From NCBI GenBank assembly GCA_002269645.1, contig NIVC01001860.1, positions 62,001-126,000 on the forward strand: a DNA stretch of 64,000 nt, given 5' to 3'. This document shows positions 50,654 through 64,000 of the stretch, piece by piece. The notes under the pieces are model-generated. The model saw nothing but the letters and a program-made list of their open reading frames with translations, did no database searches and was not told the DNA's origin. The number at the start of each line of letters is the position of its first letter. Position 1 is the stretch's first letter. Origin of the DNA: Macrostomum lignano (Eukaryota). Made by a program: the position numbers and the translations under genes.

Positions 50654-50953
50654 GTTAGTTGGACTGCTTTCCAATAGCTTGATGCGCTGTCTATAGAATG
50701 ACAATTAGAAAGTCAGAACCGCTGTAACACCCTGTGTGAGCGTGTGTATGACTGGCTGCCTTGTAGGTGCTCAGAAGCCAGCTTGGCTTGAAGCGGAATT
50801 GCTTGCCATTCCGGTAAGCAGAGAGCCTCTTCGCCACAAGTCGCAAGCGTTACTCCTTTTTGACGGTTGTTTTTCCTTTCAAGTTCGCGCGCCTGATCTC
50901 AACAAAGATCCCTATGCACTACTAACTCAGTATTGTAACGCATTCCGCCCCAG

Positions 50954-51158
50954 GTCGCTGAAGGACCAGCAGCGGGATTTGGACCGAGCAGCCGAGGCCG
51001 AGGCGGAGGCCAGCGACCTGCGCGCCGAGGCCGCCAGGCTGCGCGATCGCGTCGCTGCCCTGGAGGCGGCCGCCGCTGCCGGCGCCAAGGAGGCTGCGGC
51101 TCTGCGCAAGGCTCAGATCGCCGCCGAACGGGCCGAGCGAGAGAATCAGCGGCTGCAG
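50954..51158 (+). CDS. Lamin exon 2 (coil 1B)
   Basis: CCCCAG acceptor and CAG|GTGCGG donor; phases consistent with neighbouring exons. Confidence 0.88.
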
Positions 51159-51164
51159 GTGCGG

Positions 51165-51545
51165 CACTGCGGGATCACTCTGTCCACAGTGTGGGATCAC
51201 TCTGTCCACCGTGTGGGATCACTCTGTCCACCGTGTGGGATCACTCTGTCCACCGTGTGGGATCACTCTGTCCACAGTGTGGGATCACTCTGTCCACAGT
51301 GTGGGATCACTCTGTCCACAGTGTGGGATCACTCTGTCCACAGTGTGGGATCACTCTGTCCACCGTGTGGGATCACTTTGTCCACAGTGTGTGATCACTC
51401 TGTCCACAGTGTGGGATCACTCTGTCCACAGTGTGTGATCACTCTGTCCACAGTGTGGGATCACTCTGTCCACAGTGTGGGATCACTGTCAGCCCATGTG
51501 GGATCACTCTGTCAGCCCATGTGGGATCACTCTGGCCACCATGTG
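51165..51545. repeat. 22-bp minisatellite (GTGTGGGATCACTCTGTCCACA)n right after the lamin exon 2 donor
   Basis: Read directly. Confidence 0.95.
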
Positions 51546-52021
51546 GGATTACTCTGTCGTCATTAAACGCTCCGAACCGCCATTAAAAGCATACAATTAA
51601 AAAAGATTGTTACAGATTCAGGTTTTAGACAGTAAGCTATGGTTGATGTTTACATTTCTTATCAGATAGGACAGACACAGTTTTAATATGCATAGATTTT
51701 ATAATGTATACTTGAGAGTATTTGGGCAGGGGATAAGTAAGACTGCAATAGGAAAAGTGGTACACTATGTTTTGCTTTTGCTTGAATTCGTTACAATGAG
51801 AACAATAAGTTAGAGGCAGCAATGAAACTCTAAGAAACTTGACATACATAGCTAGATCTCTCATCCTCTCTCCCCTCTTAGAGGGCGTTTAGAAAGTCGG
51901 GTCCGATGTACACCCTGTGTGAGCGTGTGTTTGAGTGCGTGCCTGTGTACAGTATTGGCGCGCTTGTATGTGCTCAGGACTCAACGGAAGTTGGCAGATG
52001 TTTACGTCAAGAAAACAGGTC

Positions 52022-52876
52022 TCAGGCGAACGGGGACACGCACTTGCAGATGACGCTAACAGGCTCGACGAAAGTTGGCGACACGGGGTAGTCATTGAGT
52101 TTTTGGACAGCAAAGTACCTGCCAGTAACGATTTCCTTTGTTTGGTAGTTATCCGGCTGAGCCCAGCCCCACAGGCTGCTGTCCACTGTGGTGTTGCAGT
52201 CGGCCCAGTACCAGCCGTCCTTGGACAGGGGCTGGACAGGAGTCTGCATGCCTCCGAGCCACAGGGACTTGGCTAAAATGAAGGGAGATTCGATCACTGT
52301 ATCCATCTGGCATGAGTAAGCCGGCCTGAGAACTGTTACTTACACTGGCTGTAGAACTGGGTGTAGAACTGGGTGTCAATGAAGGTCATCTCAGCGTCAG
52401 TCACATCGGCCATGACAACCAGTCCGCTATCGTTTTGGCACCTCTCCATTGCCTCCTGCCAATTGTAAGAGTGCTCATGCACTGCCAACCGGAGGCCGCA
52501 CAGCCGGTCTGTGTACTCAGCTGGGCACAGCTGTCCCGGCTCGAGTCCTTTCTGTTGCTTGATGAAGACCGTGCCCCTTCTTGAGCAGTTGCCGAACTGC
52601 CACTCCCCTGCTGCACCTGTTGAACAGGAAGAGTTTGCGGGTACCGTCGGAGATGCTGAAGGCCTGGCAGAAGGGCCGGGCGTTGCACTTGAGGGAGCAC
52701 TCGAGCTCGGATATGATGCCAGCCATGCGAATCTCCGTGAACTGCTCGTTTATACACAGGCTGCCATTCACAGCCGTGTAGGTGGCGGGCATGGGACAGC
52801 GCTGGCTGCTGCCGAGCACCTTGAGCAGCAGAGATGACAGCAGCACTGCCGCAAGCTCGAATTGTGTCCGGTACAT
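52022..52876 (-). pseudogene. Secreted PAN/apple + C-type lectin gene nested antisense in lamin intron 2; one frameshift
   Basis: Signal peptide, then PAN (ECSLKCNARPFCQAF), then a frameshift near 52660-52610. CTLD N-half (CPAEY..NWQEAMERC..EMTFI), 71-nt GT-AG intron 52343-52273, CTLD C-half (WLGG..WYWAD..WAQPDN..KLND..VICK). Confidence 0.75.
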
Positions 52877-53304
52877 CCTTGATTCGGCGTATTGAGTTTA
52901 ATGGACCGACTGACTGGCTGGCTTAACCGCTTCGGGAAGAGGGGCTGCGGCAGGTAGGGCAGCATAGCTGGAGTTATTTTCATTGCAGTTTTATTTGGCG
53001 GATGCTTCAATGGCTGCTCCTAAGCCATTTAATTATTCAACAGTTTTGCCTATCCGCTGTAGTTTGCAATCGTTTTGATTGGCAATAAATTGTTGAAATT
53101 ATCCTGGGTGCCGGCTCAGCTAAGCGAAATTATTTTCAAGCTGGTGTCCTCTTGGTCTGTTGATTAATTAGCTTGCTGTCTGCTTGTGGGTTTGAGAAGG
53201 AGGTGGACATGTCCAATAGGCTAGTATTGCCGCGCAGAATATACTTTTGCTAAAATTCAATGTTATATTATATTATTCAATACTTTTCGGTGGATAGAAA
53301 ATCA

Positions 53305-55330
53305 ACCCGATAATCCAGTGGATAGATACTCAAACCGATAATCCAGTGGATAGATATTCAACCCGATAATCTAGTGGATAGATAAATACTCAACCCGATA
53401 ATCCAGTGGATAGATAGATACTCAACCCGATAATCCAGTGGATAGATAGATACTCAACCCGATAATCCAGTGGATAGATAGATACTCAACCCGATAATCC
53501 AGTGGATAGATATTCAACCCGATAATCCAGTGGATAGATAAATACTCAACCCGATAATCCAGTGGATAGATAGATACTCAACCCGATAATCCAGTGGATA
53601 GATAGATACTCAACCCGATAATCCAGTGGATAGATAGATACTCAACCCGATAATCCAGTGGATAGATATTCAACCCGATAATCCAGTGGATAGATAAATA
53701 CTCAACCCGATAATCCAGTGGATAGATAGATACTCAACTCGATAATCCGGTGGATAGATACTCAACCCGATAATCCTGTGGATAGATACTCAACCCGATA
53801 ATCCAGTGGATAGATAGATACTCAACCTGATAATCCAGTGGATAGATAGATACTCAACCCGATAATCCAGTGGATAGATACTCAACCCGATAATCCAGTG
53901 GATAGATAGATACTCAACCCGATAATCCAGTGGATAGATACTCAACCCGATAATCCATTGGATAGATACTCAACCCGATAATCCGGTGGATAGATACTCA
54001 ACCCGATGATCCGGTGGATAGATACTCAACCCGATGATCCGGTGGATAAATACTCAACCCGATAATCCAGTGGATAAATACTCAACCCGATAATCCAGTG
54101 GATAGATACTCAACCCGATAATCCAGTGGATAAATACTCAACCCGATAATCCAGTGTATAGATACTCAACCCGATAATCCAGTGGATAAATACTCAACCC
54201 GATAATCCAGTGGATAGATACTCAACCCGATAATCCAGTGGATAGATACTCAACCCGATAATCCAGTGGATAAATACTCAACCCGATAATCCAGTGGATA
54301 GATACTCAACCCGATAATCCAGTGGATAGATACTCAACCCGATAATCCAGTGGATAGATACTCAACCCGATAATCCAGTGGATAAATACTCAACCCGATA
54401 ATCCAGTGGATAGATACTCAATCCGATAATCCAGTGGATAGATACTCAACCCGATAATCCAGTGGATAGATACTCAACCCGATAATCCAGTGGATAAATA
54501 CTCAACCCGATAATCCAGTGGATAGATTCTCAACCCGATAATCCGGTGGATAGATACTCAACCCGATAATCCAGTGGATAGATACTCAACCCGATAATCC
54601 AGTGGATAAATACTCAACCCGATAATCCAGTGGATAGATACTCAACCCGATAATCCAGTGGATAGATACTCAACCCGATAATCCAGTGGATAAATACTCA
54701 ACCCGATAATCCAGTGGATAGATACTCAACCCGATAATCCAGTGGATAGATACTCAACCCGATAATCCAGTGGATAAATACTCAACCCGATAATCCAGTG
54801 GATAGATACTCAATCCGATAATCCAGTGGATAGATACTCAACCCGATAATCCAGTGGATAAATACTCAACCCGATAATCCAGTGGATAAATACTCAACCC
54901 GATAATCCGGTGGATAGATACTCAACCCGATAATCCAGTGGATAAATACTCAACCCGATAATCCAGTGGATAAATACTCAACCCGATAATCCAGTGGATA
55001 GATTCTCAACCCGATAATCCGGTAGATAGATACTCAACCCGATAATCCAGTGGATAAATACTCAACCCGATAATCCAGTGGATAGATACTCAACCCGATA
55101 ATCCAGTGGATAGATACTCAACCCGATAATCCAGTGGATAAATACTCAACCCGATAATCCAGTGGATAAATACTCAACCCGATAATCCAGTGGATAGATA
55201 CTCAACCCGATAATCCAGTGGATAGATACTCAACCCGATAATCCAGTGGATAGATACTCAACCCGATAATCCAGTGGATAGATACTCAACCCGATAATCC
55301 AGTGGATAGATACTCAACCCGATAATCCGG
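53305..55330. repeat. 28-bp minisatellite (TACTCAACCCGATAATCCAGTGGATAGA)n in lamin intron 2
   Basis: Read directly; ends about 65 nt before the exon 3 acceptor. Confidence 0.97.
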
Positions 55331-55395
55331 TAGGTACGAGTATGCGCCCGATGAAAAAGCCTACAAAATCTTACCTGCCCTCCTCGCTTTCCCAG

Positions 55396-55751
55396 TCGGA
55401 GCTGCAGGACTCGCTGGCTCAGCTGCGCACATTTCGCGACCAGCTGGAGACTGAGGTGAAGCTGAAAACTGAGCTGGAGAACCGGCTGCAGACAGCAAAA
55501 GAGGAGGCGGCCTTTCGCGATAGCCTGCTCAAAGAGGAGCGCAGTCGATTTCAAGAGCGCAGCGTCGTTATCGAGGAGGTCACCCGGAGTCAGGAGGCCG
55601 AGTTCGAGTCCCGCCTGTGCGAGGAGCTCCGCCGGGCCAGGCTGGAGGCTGACCAGTCCGCTGCCGAGTTCCGGCTCAATCTGGAGGCCACCTTCAAGGC
55701 CAAAATGGACGAGTTGCGATCCAGTTCGGACAAGTATTCGCAAGATGCCAG
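55396..55751 (+). CDS. Lamin exon 3
   Basis: TTTCCCAG acceptor; ELENRLQTAKEE and EFESRL match the lamin rod; donor AG|GTTCGT. Confidence 0.92.
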
Positions 55752-55784
55752 GTTCGTTAGTCTCGTTAATCCTTGCTCAGCCTC

Positions 55785-56130
55785 GCTAATCCGCATTACA
55801 CTATCGCTAATCCGCATTACACTATCACTAATCCGCATTACACTATCGCTAATCCGCATTACACTATCGCTAATCCGCATTACTCTATCGCTAATCCGCA
55901 TTACACCATCGCTAATCCGCATTACGCCATCGCTAATCCGCATTACACTATCGCTAATCCGCATTACACTATCGCTAATCCGCATTACTCTATCGCTAAT
56001 CCGCATTACACCATCGCTAATCCGCATTACACTATCGCTAATCCGCATTACTCTATCGCTAATCCGCATTACACCATCGCTAATCCGCATTACACCATCG
56101 CTAATCCGCATTACGCCATCGCTAATCCGT
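55785..56130. repeat. 21-bp minisatellite (CGCTAATCCGCATTACACTAT)n filling lamin intron 3
   Basis: Read directly. Confidence 0.96.
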
Positions 56131-56168
56131 GTCTGAGTCAATCCCACCCCGATGCACCCCACCCGCAG

Positions 56169-56757
56169 GAGCAGTCGCGAGGAGCTCCTCGAGCTTCGCC
56201 GCCGCCTAAACGACAGCGAGCTGGCCCTGGAGAAGGCGCTGAAGGAGGCGGAGCTGCTCCGCGCCGGCCAGTCCCGTCTGGAGGAGGCGCTGCGCCGGGA
56301 GCGGGAGAATTTCGAGCAGCAACTGGAATTCCTGCGCGAGGAGGAGCGCAAGAATCGGGAGCGGCTGGCCGAGCAGCTGGAGGAGTACAACATCCTGCTG
56401 ACTAGCAAGCTGGCTCTGGACCAGGAGATCCTGGCCTACAGGCAGCTGCTGGAGGAGGAGCAGCGGCGCACCAATTATTCACCCCATCGGCACGGCGCCA
56501 AGCGACGCCGGTTGGGCAGCGGCGACGAATTTGATGAAGAATTCGAACGGCGGTACTCGGCCAGTCAGGAGCAGCGGGGCCCGATGCAATTGGCCGAGAT
56601 CGATTCGGACGGCCAGTTTGTCCGGCTGAGAAACACCGGCGAGACTGAAGTCGGACTGGGCGGCTGGACTCTGCGTTGTTCGGCCGATGATGGGGCCCGG
56701 CGGTTTGAGTACCGCTTCCCGGCCAAGACTGCGGCGCCTGCGATGGCTGAGATCACC
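56169..56757 (+). CDS. Lamin exon 4 (coil 2, NLS, start of the LTD Ig fold)
   Basis: KLALDQEILAYRQLLEEE IF consensus, KRRR NLS, QFVRLRNTGETEVGLGGWTL. Confidence 0.95.
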
Positions 56758-56784
56758 GTGAGTTGCCTGTTGATGATCGTTGTC

Positions 56785-57010
56785 AGTTGATGCTCATTGT
56801 CAGTTGATGCTCATTGTCAGTTGATGCTCATTGTCAGTTGATGCTCATTGTCAGTTGATGCTCATTGTCAGTTGATGCTCATTGTCAGTTGATGCTCATT
56901 GTCAGTTGATGCTCATTGTCAGTTGATGCTCATTGTCAGTTGATGCTCATTGTCAGTTGATGCTCATTGTCAGTTGATGCTCATTGTCAGTTGATGCTCA
57001 TTGTCAGTTG
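56785..57010. repeat. 17-bp minisatellite (TCAGTTGATGCTCATTG)n filling lamin intron 4
   Basis: Read directly. Confidence 0.95.
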
Positions 57011-57052
57011 ATGATAACTTTAAATCTATGTTCCATGCGTCCATTAATGCAG

Positions 57053-57169
57053 GTGTGGAGCTCGGACTCTGGCAAGACCGCCAAACCGCCCTTGGAGTTT
57101 GTCTCTAAGAGCACCGGCTTGGGCCAGGCTAACAGCTACGATGGCACTCTGCTGGACTCTCGGGGTCAG
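57053..57169 (+). CDS. Lamin exon 5 (rest of the LTD)
   Basis: VWSSDSG..GTLLDSRGQ, phase 0-0; donor GTGCGT. Confidence 0.9.
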
Positions 57170-57244
57170 GTGCGTGCCAGACGCCTGCGTCTAAATTGTC
57201 GCGAACCAACTAATATTAGTAAACAGCCTCCTAAAAACTACTCG

Positions 57245-59065
57245 ACCACCTAAAAAATCGCCACTCAACCACCCTAAAGAATGGCCCCTCAACCACCCTA
57301 AAGAATCGCCCCTCAACCACCCTAAAGAATCGCCCCTCAACCACCCTAAAGAATGGCCACTCAACCACCCTAAAGAATGGCCCCTCAACCACCCTAAAGA
57401 ATCGCCCCTCAACCACCCTAAAGAATGGCCCCTCAACCACCCTAAAGAATGGCCCCTCAACCACCCTAAAGAATGGCCCCTCAACCACCCTAAAGAATGG
57501 CCCCTCAACCACCCTAAAGAATCGCCCCTCAACCACCCTAAAGAATCGCCCCTCAACCACCCTAAAGAATTGCCCCTCAACCACCCTAAAGAATCGCCCC
57601 TCAACCACCCTAAAGAATCGCCCCTCAACCACCCTAAAGAATGGCCCCTCAACCACCCTAAAGAATCGCCCCTCAACCACCCTAAAGAATCGCCCCTCAA
57701 CCACCCTAAAGAATGGCCCCTCAACCACCCTAAAGAATCGCCCCTCAACCACCCTAAAGAATCGCCTCTCAACCACCCTAAAGAATCGCCTCTCAACCAC
57801 CCTAAAGAATGGCCCCTCAACCACCCTAAAGAATCGCCCCTCAACCACCCTAAAGAATGGCCCCTCAACCACCCTAAAGAATCGCCCCTCAACCACCCTA
57901 AAGAATCGCCCCTCAACCACCCTAAAGAATGGCCCCTCAACCACCCTAAAGAATCGCCCCTCAACCACCCTAAAGAATCGCCCCTCAACCACCCTAAAGA
58001 ATCGCCCCTCAACCACCCTAAAGAATCGCCCCTCAACCACCCTAAAGAATCGCCTCTCAACCACCCTAAAGAATCGCCCCTTCAACCACCCTAAAGAATC
58101 GCCCCTTCAACCACCCTAAAGAATCGCCCCTTCAACCACCCTAAAGAATCGCCTCTCAACCACCCTAAAGAATCGCCCCTTCAACCACCCTAAAGAATGG
58201 CCCCTCAACCACCCTAAAGAATGGCCCCTCAACCACCCTAAAGAATCGCCCCTCAACCACCCTAAAGAATCGCCCCTCAACCACCCTAAAGAATCGCCCC
58301 TCAACCACCCTAAAGAATGGCCCCTCAACCACCCTAAAGAATCGCCTCTCAACCACCTAAAAAATCGCCCCTCAACCACCCTAAAGAATGGCCCCTCAAC
58401 CACCCTAAAGAATCGCCTCTCAACCACCCTAAAGAATTGCCCCTTCAACCACCCTAAAGAATCGCCCCTCAACCACCCTAAAGAATCGCCCCTCAACCAC
58501 CCTAAAGAATCGCCTCTCAACCACCCTAAAGAATCGCCCCTTCAACCACCCTAAAGAATCGCCCCTTCAACCACCCTAAAGAATCGCCTCTCAACCACCC
58601 TAAAGAATCGCCCCTTCAACCACCCTAAAGAATGGCCCCTCAACCACCCTAAAGAATGGCCCCTCAACCACCCTAAAGAATCGCCCCTCAACCACCCTAA
58701 AGAATCGCCCCTCAACCACCCTAAAGAATCGCCCCTCAACCACCCTAAAGAATCGCCCCTCAACCACCCTAAAGAATCGCCTCTCAACCACCCTAAAGAA
58801 TCGCCCCTTCAACCACTCTAAAGAATCGCCCCTCAACCACCCTAAAGAATCGCCCCTCAACCACCCTAAAGAATCACCCTTCAACCACCCTAAAAAATCG
58901 CCACTCAACCACCCCAAGAATCGCCCCTCAATCACCCTAAAAAATCGCCCTTCAATCACCCTAAGGAATCGCCCTCAACCACACATAAGAATCGCCCTTT
59001 AACCACCCTAAAGAAGCGCCCCTCAACCACACCAAGAATCGCTCCTCAACCACCCCACCCCCTCA
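57245..59065. repeat. 24-bp minisatellite (CCCTCAACCACCCTAAAGAATCGC)n filling lamin intron 5
   Basis: Read directly; degenerates into the acceptor at 59079. Confidence 0.97.
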
Positions 59066-59079
59066 ACCGCGCCCCGCAG

Positions 59080-59187
59080 GAGGTGGCCTGGCGCAAGCTG
59101 CGCGCTGATTTCCAGCGCCAAATCCTTACTGGGAAGCGGCGCCTCCGAGCGGGAGAGTCGGGTGACCAGCGGTGCAGCATCATGTGA
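59080..59187 (+). CDS. Lamin exon 6 with CaaX box
   Basis: EVAWRKL...GDQRCSIM*; CCCCGCAG acceptor. Confidence 0.92.
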   Translation, partial: EVAWRKLRADFQRQILTGKRRLRAGESGDQRCSIM

Positions 59188-59822
59188 CCGCCTGAGACTC
59201 TGTGCTCTGGTTTCGTCCTCTGTTCTGTTTCTCCTCCGGCTCATGAAATCTTTGCTTCCGTCTTGCAGCTAATAGTTTTATTGAAAGTACTGCACTGGCT
59301 CCAGTTTTATCCTCACCCTGCTTGACACATTTCCGTTTCCATTGCTGTCATTTTTTTAAACTTCCCTGGCAGCATTGCGCGATCATTTGGCTCAATTAGA
59401 CCGATTCTCTGGCTACTTGCAGTAGCGTGTCTGCGTGTCTATTTATTTGCGGTGCTGATACAAACGTATGAACAGTTTTGCAACCATTTTTTTATTTTAG
59501 ACAAGTATTTTCATTATTCAATTTTTCTTCTATTCTATCCAGCCAGTCATGTTTTTTAGAGTTCAATAAACTTAGTCGCTTATTTTTCTCTTCAATGGAT
59601 ATTTATTAGCTGTGCTAGCTATCAATCAATTTTTAAGCACAAAGACTCCGGCTTCAGTCTTTGTTGTGTGTGTGTGCTTGAACTGCGCTAGTCGCCAGGT
59701 TGTGAGTTTGACCAATATAGCCAATTCTTGTCCTTGAATAACTTGGCCAATTAAAAGTGGGTTGGGTTAAGAAGAATTCCATTCTTTCTGAATTGTAAAC
59801 AAATCCGAATCAATTTTTCTAC

Positions 59823-60310
59823 GTTGAGGGTAAATCAGAAAATCGATATTTTCTGGGGCAGTTGAGGGTCAATCAGAAAATCGATATTTTCTGGGGCAGT
59901 TGAGGGTAAATCAGAAAATCGATATTTTCTGAGGCAGTTGAGGGTCAATCAGAAAATCGATATTTTCTGTGGGGCAGTTGAAGGTCAATCAGAAAATCGA
60001 TATTTTCTGGGGCAGTTGAGGGTAAATCAGAAAATCGATATTTTCTGGGGCAGTTGAGGGTAAATCAGAAAATCGATATTTTCTGGGGCAGTTGAGGGTA
60101 AATCAGAAAATCGATATTTTCTGGGGCAGTTGAGGGTAAATCAGAAAATCGATATTTTCTGGGGCAGTTGAGGGTCAATCAGAAAATCGATATTTTCTGT
60201 GGGGCAGTTGAAGGTCAATCAGAAAATCGATATTTTCTGTGGGCAGTTGAGGGTCACTCAGATAATCAATATTTTCTCGGAGTTCAGATCAGAAAATCGA
60301 TATTTTCTGT
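59823..60310. repeat. About 38-bp minisatellite (GTTGAGGGTAAATCAGAAAATCGATATTTTCTGGGGCA)n
   Basis: Read directly. Confidence 0.93.
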
Positions 60311-60770
60311 GGGGTAGTGGGCCCATCAGAAAATCTCATTTCTCCGCCCATTTTTATCAGGCCAATTATTTCTTTGTGTCCAATTAAAAAAATTTACATT
60401 AAATTGTCCGATAACGTATTGTACTGATCAGCTCCCTACGCTTAGTTGCCGTGTGCCAGTGTGATTTATAATCATTAATACAATCGTACAGAATTATTTC
60501 CTACTACTAGCTACTGCTGATAAGTAGTATACAATTTGTATTTCAGCTATTTTTTGAAAAAAAGTAAATTTTTTGTTTTTAATTGCCAACTTTGTGTCAC
60601 AAGCATTGATCCGATCGTCTTGCAGCTGCGGTTTTTGTTTCTCTATTCTGTGTCTTCTTTTTTAAGCACTCGATAATAAAATTTTGCTCAAAACCGCCAT
60701 TTTCAAAAGGGACAGTTTCCTGCCAAGTGTTTCCTGCAATCTGTGTTTTGCAAGTGGCACTCATTTCCAG

Positions 60771-62488
60771 ACACACATGGGCTAGCACAGACACACATGG
60801 GCTAGCACAGACACACATGGGCTAGCACAGACACACATGGGCTAGCACAGACACACATGGGCTAGCACAGACACATGGGCTAGCACAGACACACATAGGC
60901 TAGCACAGACACACACAGGCTAGCACAGACACACATGGGCTAGCACAGACACACATGGGCTAGTACAGACACACATAGGCTAGCACAGACACACATAGGC
61001 TAGCACAGACACACATGGGCTAGCACAGACACACATAGGCTAGCACAGACACACATGGGCTAGCACAGACACACATGAGCTAGCACAGACACACATGGGC
61101 TAGCACAGACACACACAGGCTAGCACAGACACACATAAAGGGTAGCACAGACACACATGGGCGAGCACAGACACACATGGGCTAGCACAGACACACATGG
61201 GCGAGCACAGACACACATGGGATAGCACAGACACACATGGGCGAGCACAGACACACATAGGCTAGCACAGACACACATAGGCTAGCACAGACACACATAG
61301 GCTAGCACAGACACACATGAGCTAGCACAGATACACATGGGATAGCACAGACACACATGGGCTAGCACAGACACACATGGGCTAGCACAGACACACATGA
61401 GCTAGCACAGACACACATGGGCTAGCACAGACACACATGGGCTAGCACAGACACACATGGGCTAGCACAGACACACATGGGCGAGCACAGACACATGGGC
61501 TAGCACAGACACACATAGGCTAGCACAGACACACATAGGCTAGCACAGACACACATAGGCTAGCACAGACACACATGGGCTAGCACAGACACACATGAGC
61601 TAGCACAGACACACATGGGCTAGCACAGACACACATGGGCTAGCACAGACACACATGGGCTAGCACAGACACATGGGCTAGCACAGACACACATAGGCTA
61701 GCACAGACACACACAGGCTAGCACAGACACACATGGGCTAGCACAGACACACATGGGCTAGCACAGACACACATGGGCTAGCACAGACACACATGGGCTA
61801 GCACAGTCACACATAAAGGGTAGCACAGACACACATGGGCTAGCACAGACACACATAAAGGGTAGCACAGACACACATGGGCTAGCACAGACACACATGG
61901 GCTAGCACAGACACACATGGGCTAGCACAGACACACATGGGCTAGCACAGACACACATGGGCTAGCACAGACACACATAAAGGGTAGCACAGACACACAT
62001 GGGCTAGCACAGACACACATGGGCTAGCACAGTCACACATAAAGGGTAGCACAGACACACATGGGCTAGCACAGACACACATAAAGGGTACACAGACACA
62101 CATAAAGGGTAACACAGACACACAAAGGGTAGCACAGACACACATAAAGGGTAACACAGACACACATAAAAGCTAGCACAGACACACATAAAGGCTAGCA
62201 CAGACACACGTAAAGGGTAACACAGACACACATAAAGGGTAGCACAAACACACACAGGCTAGCACAGACACACACAGGCTAGCACAGACACACACAGGCT
62301 AGCACAGACACACACAGGCTAGCACAGACACACATAGGCTAGCACAGGCTAGCACAGACACACACAGGCTAACACAGACACACACAGGCTAGCACAGACA
62401 CACACAGGCTAGCACAGACACACATAGGCTAGCACAGGCTAGCACAGACACACACAGGCTAACACAGACACACACAGGCTAGCACAGC
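60771..62488. repeat. 20-bp minisatellite (GGGCTAGCACAGACACACAT)n
   Basis: Read directly; the unit drifts toward the right end. Confidence 0.96.
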
Positions 62489-63299
62489 ATTAGCCAAAGC
62501 AGTGCTTCTACCAGCTATCAGGCGACCCGGCACGAGGACTAAGCAAGACTGGAAGCCCTAAAACCTGTAGCAAAAGTCCAGCATCATCTGCAGGAATTTT
62601 AGCCAGCTTTTTCGGCGCCGTAACGCACAATTTCGGACAAGTGAATGTCGCCCCCCACCCTGAAATTGAAGCAATAAAAACCATTTCGCTGGCCAGACGG
62701 TCAGGAAAAATGAAAGCACAACACAAAAGAAGAAAAGGAAAGCGCAGCGGTGACAGGGGAAGCCAGTCGGTCTCCTTGTAAAACAGGAGAAAAAGCAAGA
62801 AGCAGAGTGAGACGCACAAGAAAAATACTACCTCTGCCGCCGAATTTCTGCTATGCATTTGCGGATGCCTCTCTCTATCTTCTACATGTAGCTTCTTGTC
62901 ACCGCTTAGCGGTGGAAAATATCCCTCACTGGTCGATTCCCCTCTCTGCCCCCCCGCAGGCAATCCAATTAAGCCCGTGGTCCCCTCGGTTCTATTTTCA
63001 AAGGATCTTGGACTTTGGTCTGTCTGTCTCCTTCCCAGTTGGGAGAGCAGTCAGTGATCAGCTGACTGACTTTTGAAAAAAAATGACTGTTGAATTCGGG
63101 GTCCCATGCTAATTTATTATATTCTAGCGGTCGTGTCCCCTTGGGACACTTATTTTACTTTAGTTGTTTTAATAAATTCTTGTTGAAGTCACCGAGTCCT
63201 ATGTGAGTGCAATGAGTAATTAACAATCAGGGTGGCACCAAAGGCGATCTTGAGCTGTACTCACTGAGCGCTGTGTCCTATGTAGCTGTTTCTCTGGTT

Positions 63300-64000
63300 A
63301 CGGTTTGTCTCTCGCCCTCTCCATCTCCCTTCATTTCTCTCCTTCATTTTTTTCTCTCGTCTAACCACTAATCTCTCTGCATGGAACCCTCTCTTCTCTG
63401 CCTCTCCCTTCATCCTCCCGCAGTTCTTTCCCACTCCCTTTCCTATACTCTCCTTCCCTACATCTCCCTCTCTCCCTTTGCCTCTTTCAATCTCCTCTCT
63501 CCCTCGCCTCTTACTCTCCCTCTCCCACTCTCCCTCTCTCTCTCCCTGATCTCTCCCCCTCCTCCACTCTCACTCTTCCATTCTCACTCTCCCTCTCCCT
63601 CACCCCCTCTCTCCCTCATTCACTCTCCATCTCTCCCCCTCCCACTCAGTCACTCTCCCTCTCCCTCTCCCACTCACTCACTCTCCCTCTCCCACTCAGT
63701 CACTCTCCCTCTCTCTCCCTCCCACTCACTCACTCTCCCTCTCTCCCACTCACTCACTCTCCCTCTCTCCCTCTTCCACTCATTCACTCTCCATCTCTCC
63801 CCCTCCCACTCAGTCACTCTCCCTCTCTCCCTCTCCCACTCACTCACTCTCCCTCTCTCCCTCTCCCACTCAGTCACTCTCCCTCTCTCCCCCTCCCACT
63901 CACTCACTCTCCCTCTCTCCCACTCACTCACTCTCCCTCTCTCCCTCTCCCACTCACTCACTCTCCCTCTCTCCCTCTCCCACTCACTCACTCTCCCTCT
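63300..64000. repeat. TC-rich low-complexity tract with CACTCACTCACTCTCCC units
   Basis: Read directly; runs off the window end. Confidence 0.9.

Overview
Eukaryotic (metazoan) genomic DNA. GC-rich exons, short spliceosomal introns and very dense private minisatellites suggest a free-living flatworm such as Macrostomum (inference only). Host genes: a divergent intronless RPL23/uL14; an intronless invertebrate-type dopamine receptor (Dop1R2/DAMB-like); a 4-exon adducin with a short tail; a 2-exon secreted single-WSC protein; and a 6-exon B-type lamin (CaaX CSIM) with a frameshifted PAN + C-type-lectin gene nested antisense in intron 2. Mobile elements: an intact, very young Ty3/gypsy element (39601-48294, minus strand; 767-bp LTRs, 4-bp TSD, tRNA-Leu PBS, gag, -1 frameshifted pol); a deleted mariner; Merlin, LOA-like LINE and possible Penelope fragments; and hAT- and Mutator-type MITEs. 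Most notable: the gypsy LTR carries a non-collinear mosaic of tRNA-Leu-matching segments and a relic LTR-end/PBS, and the element has a separately promoted non-env third ORF followed by an ATG-less ORF in the +1 frame at GCG-TAG. Exon models and alignments were done by hand; no database searches were run.
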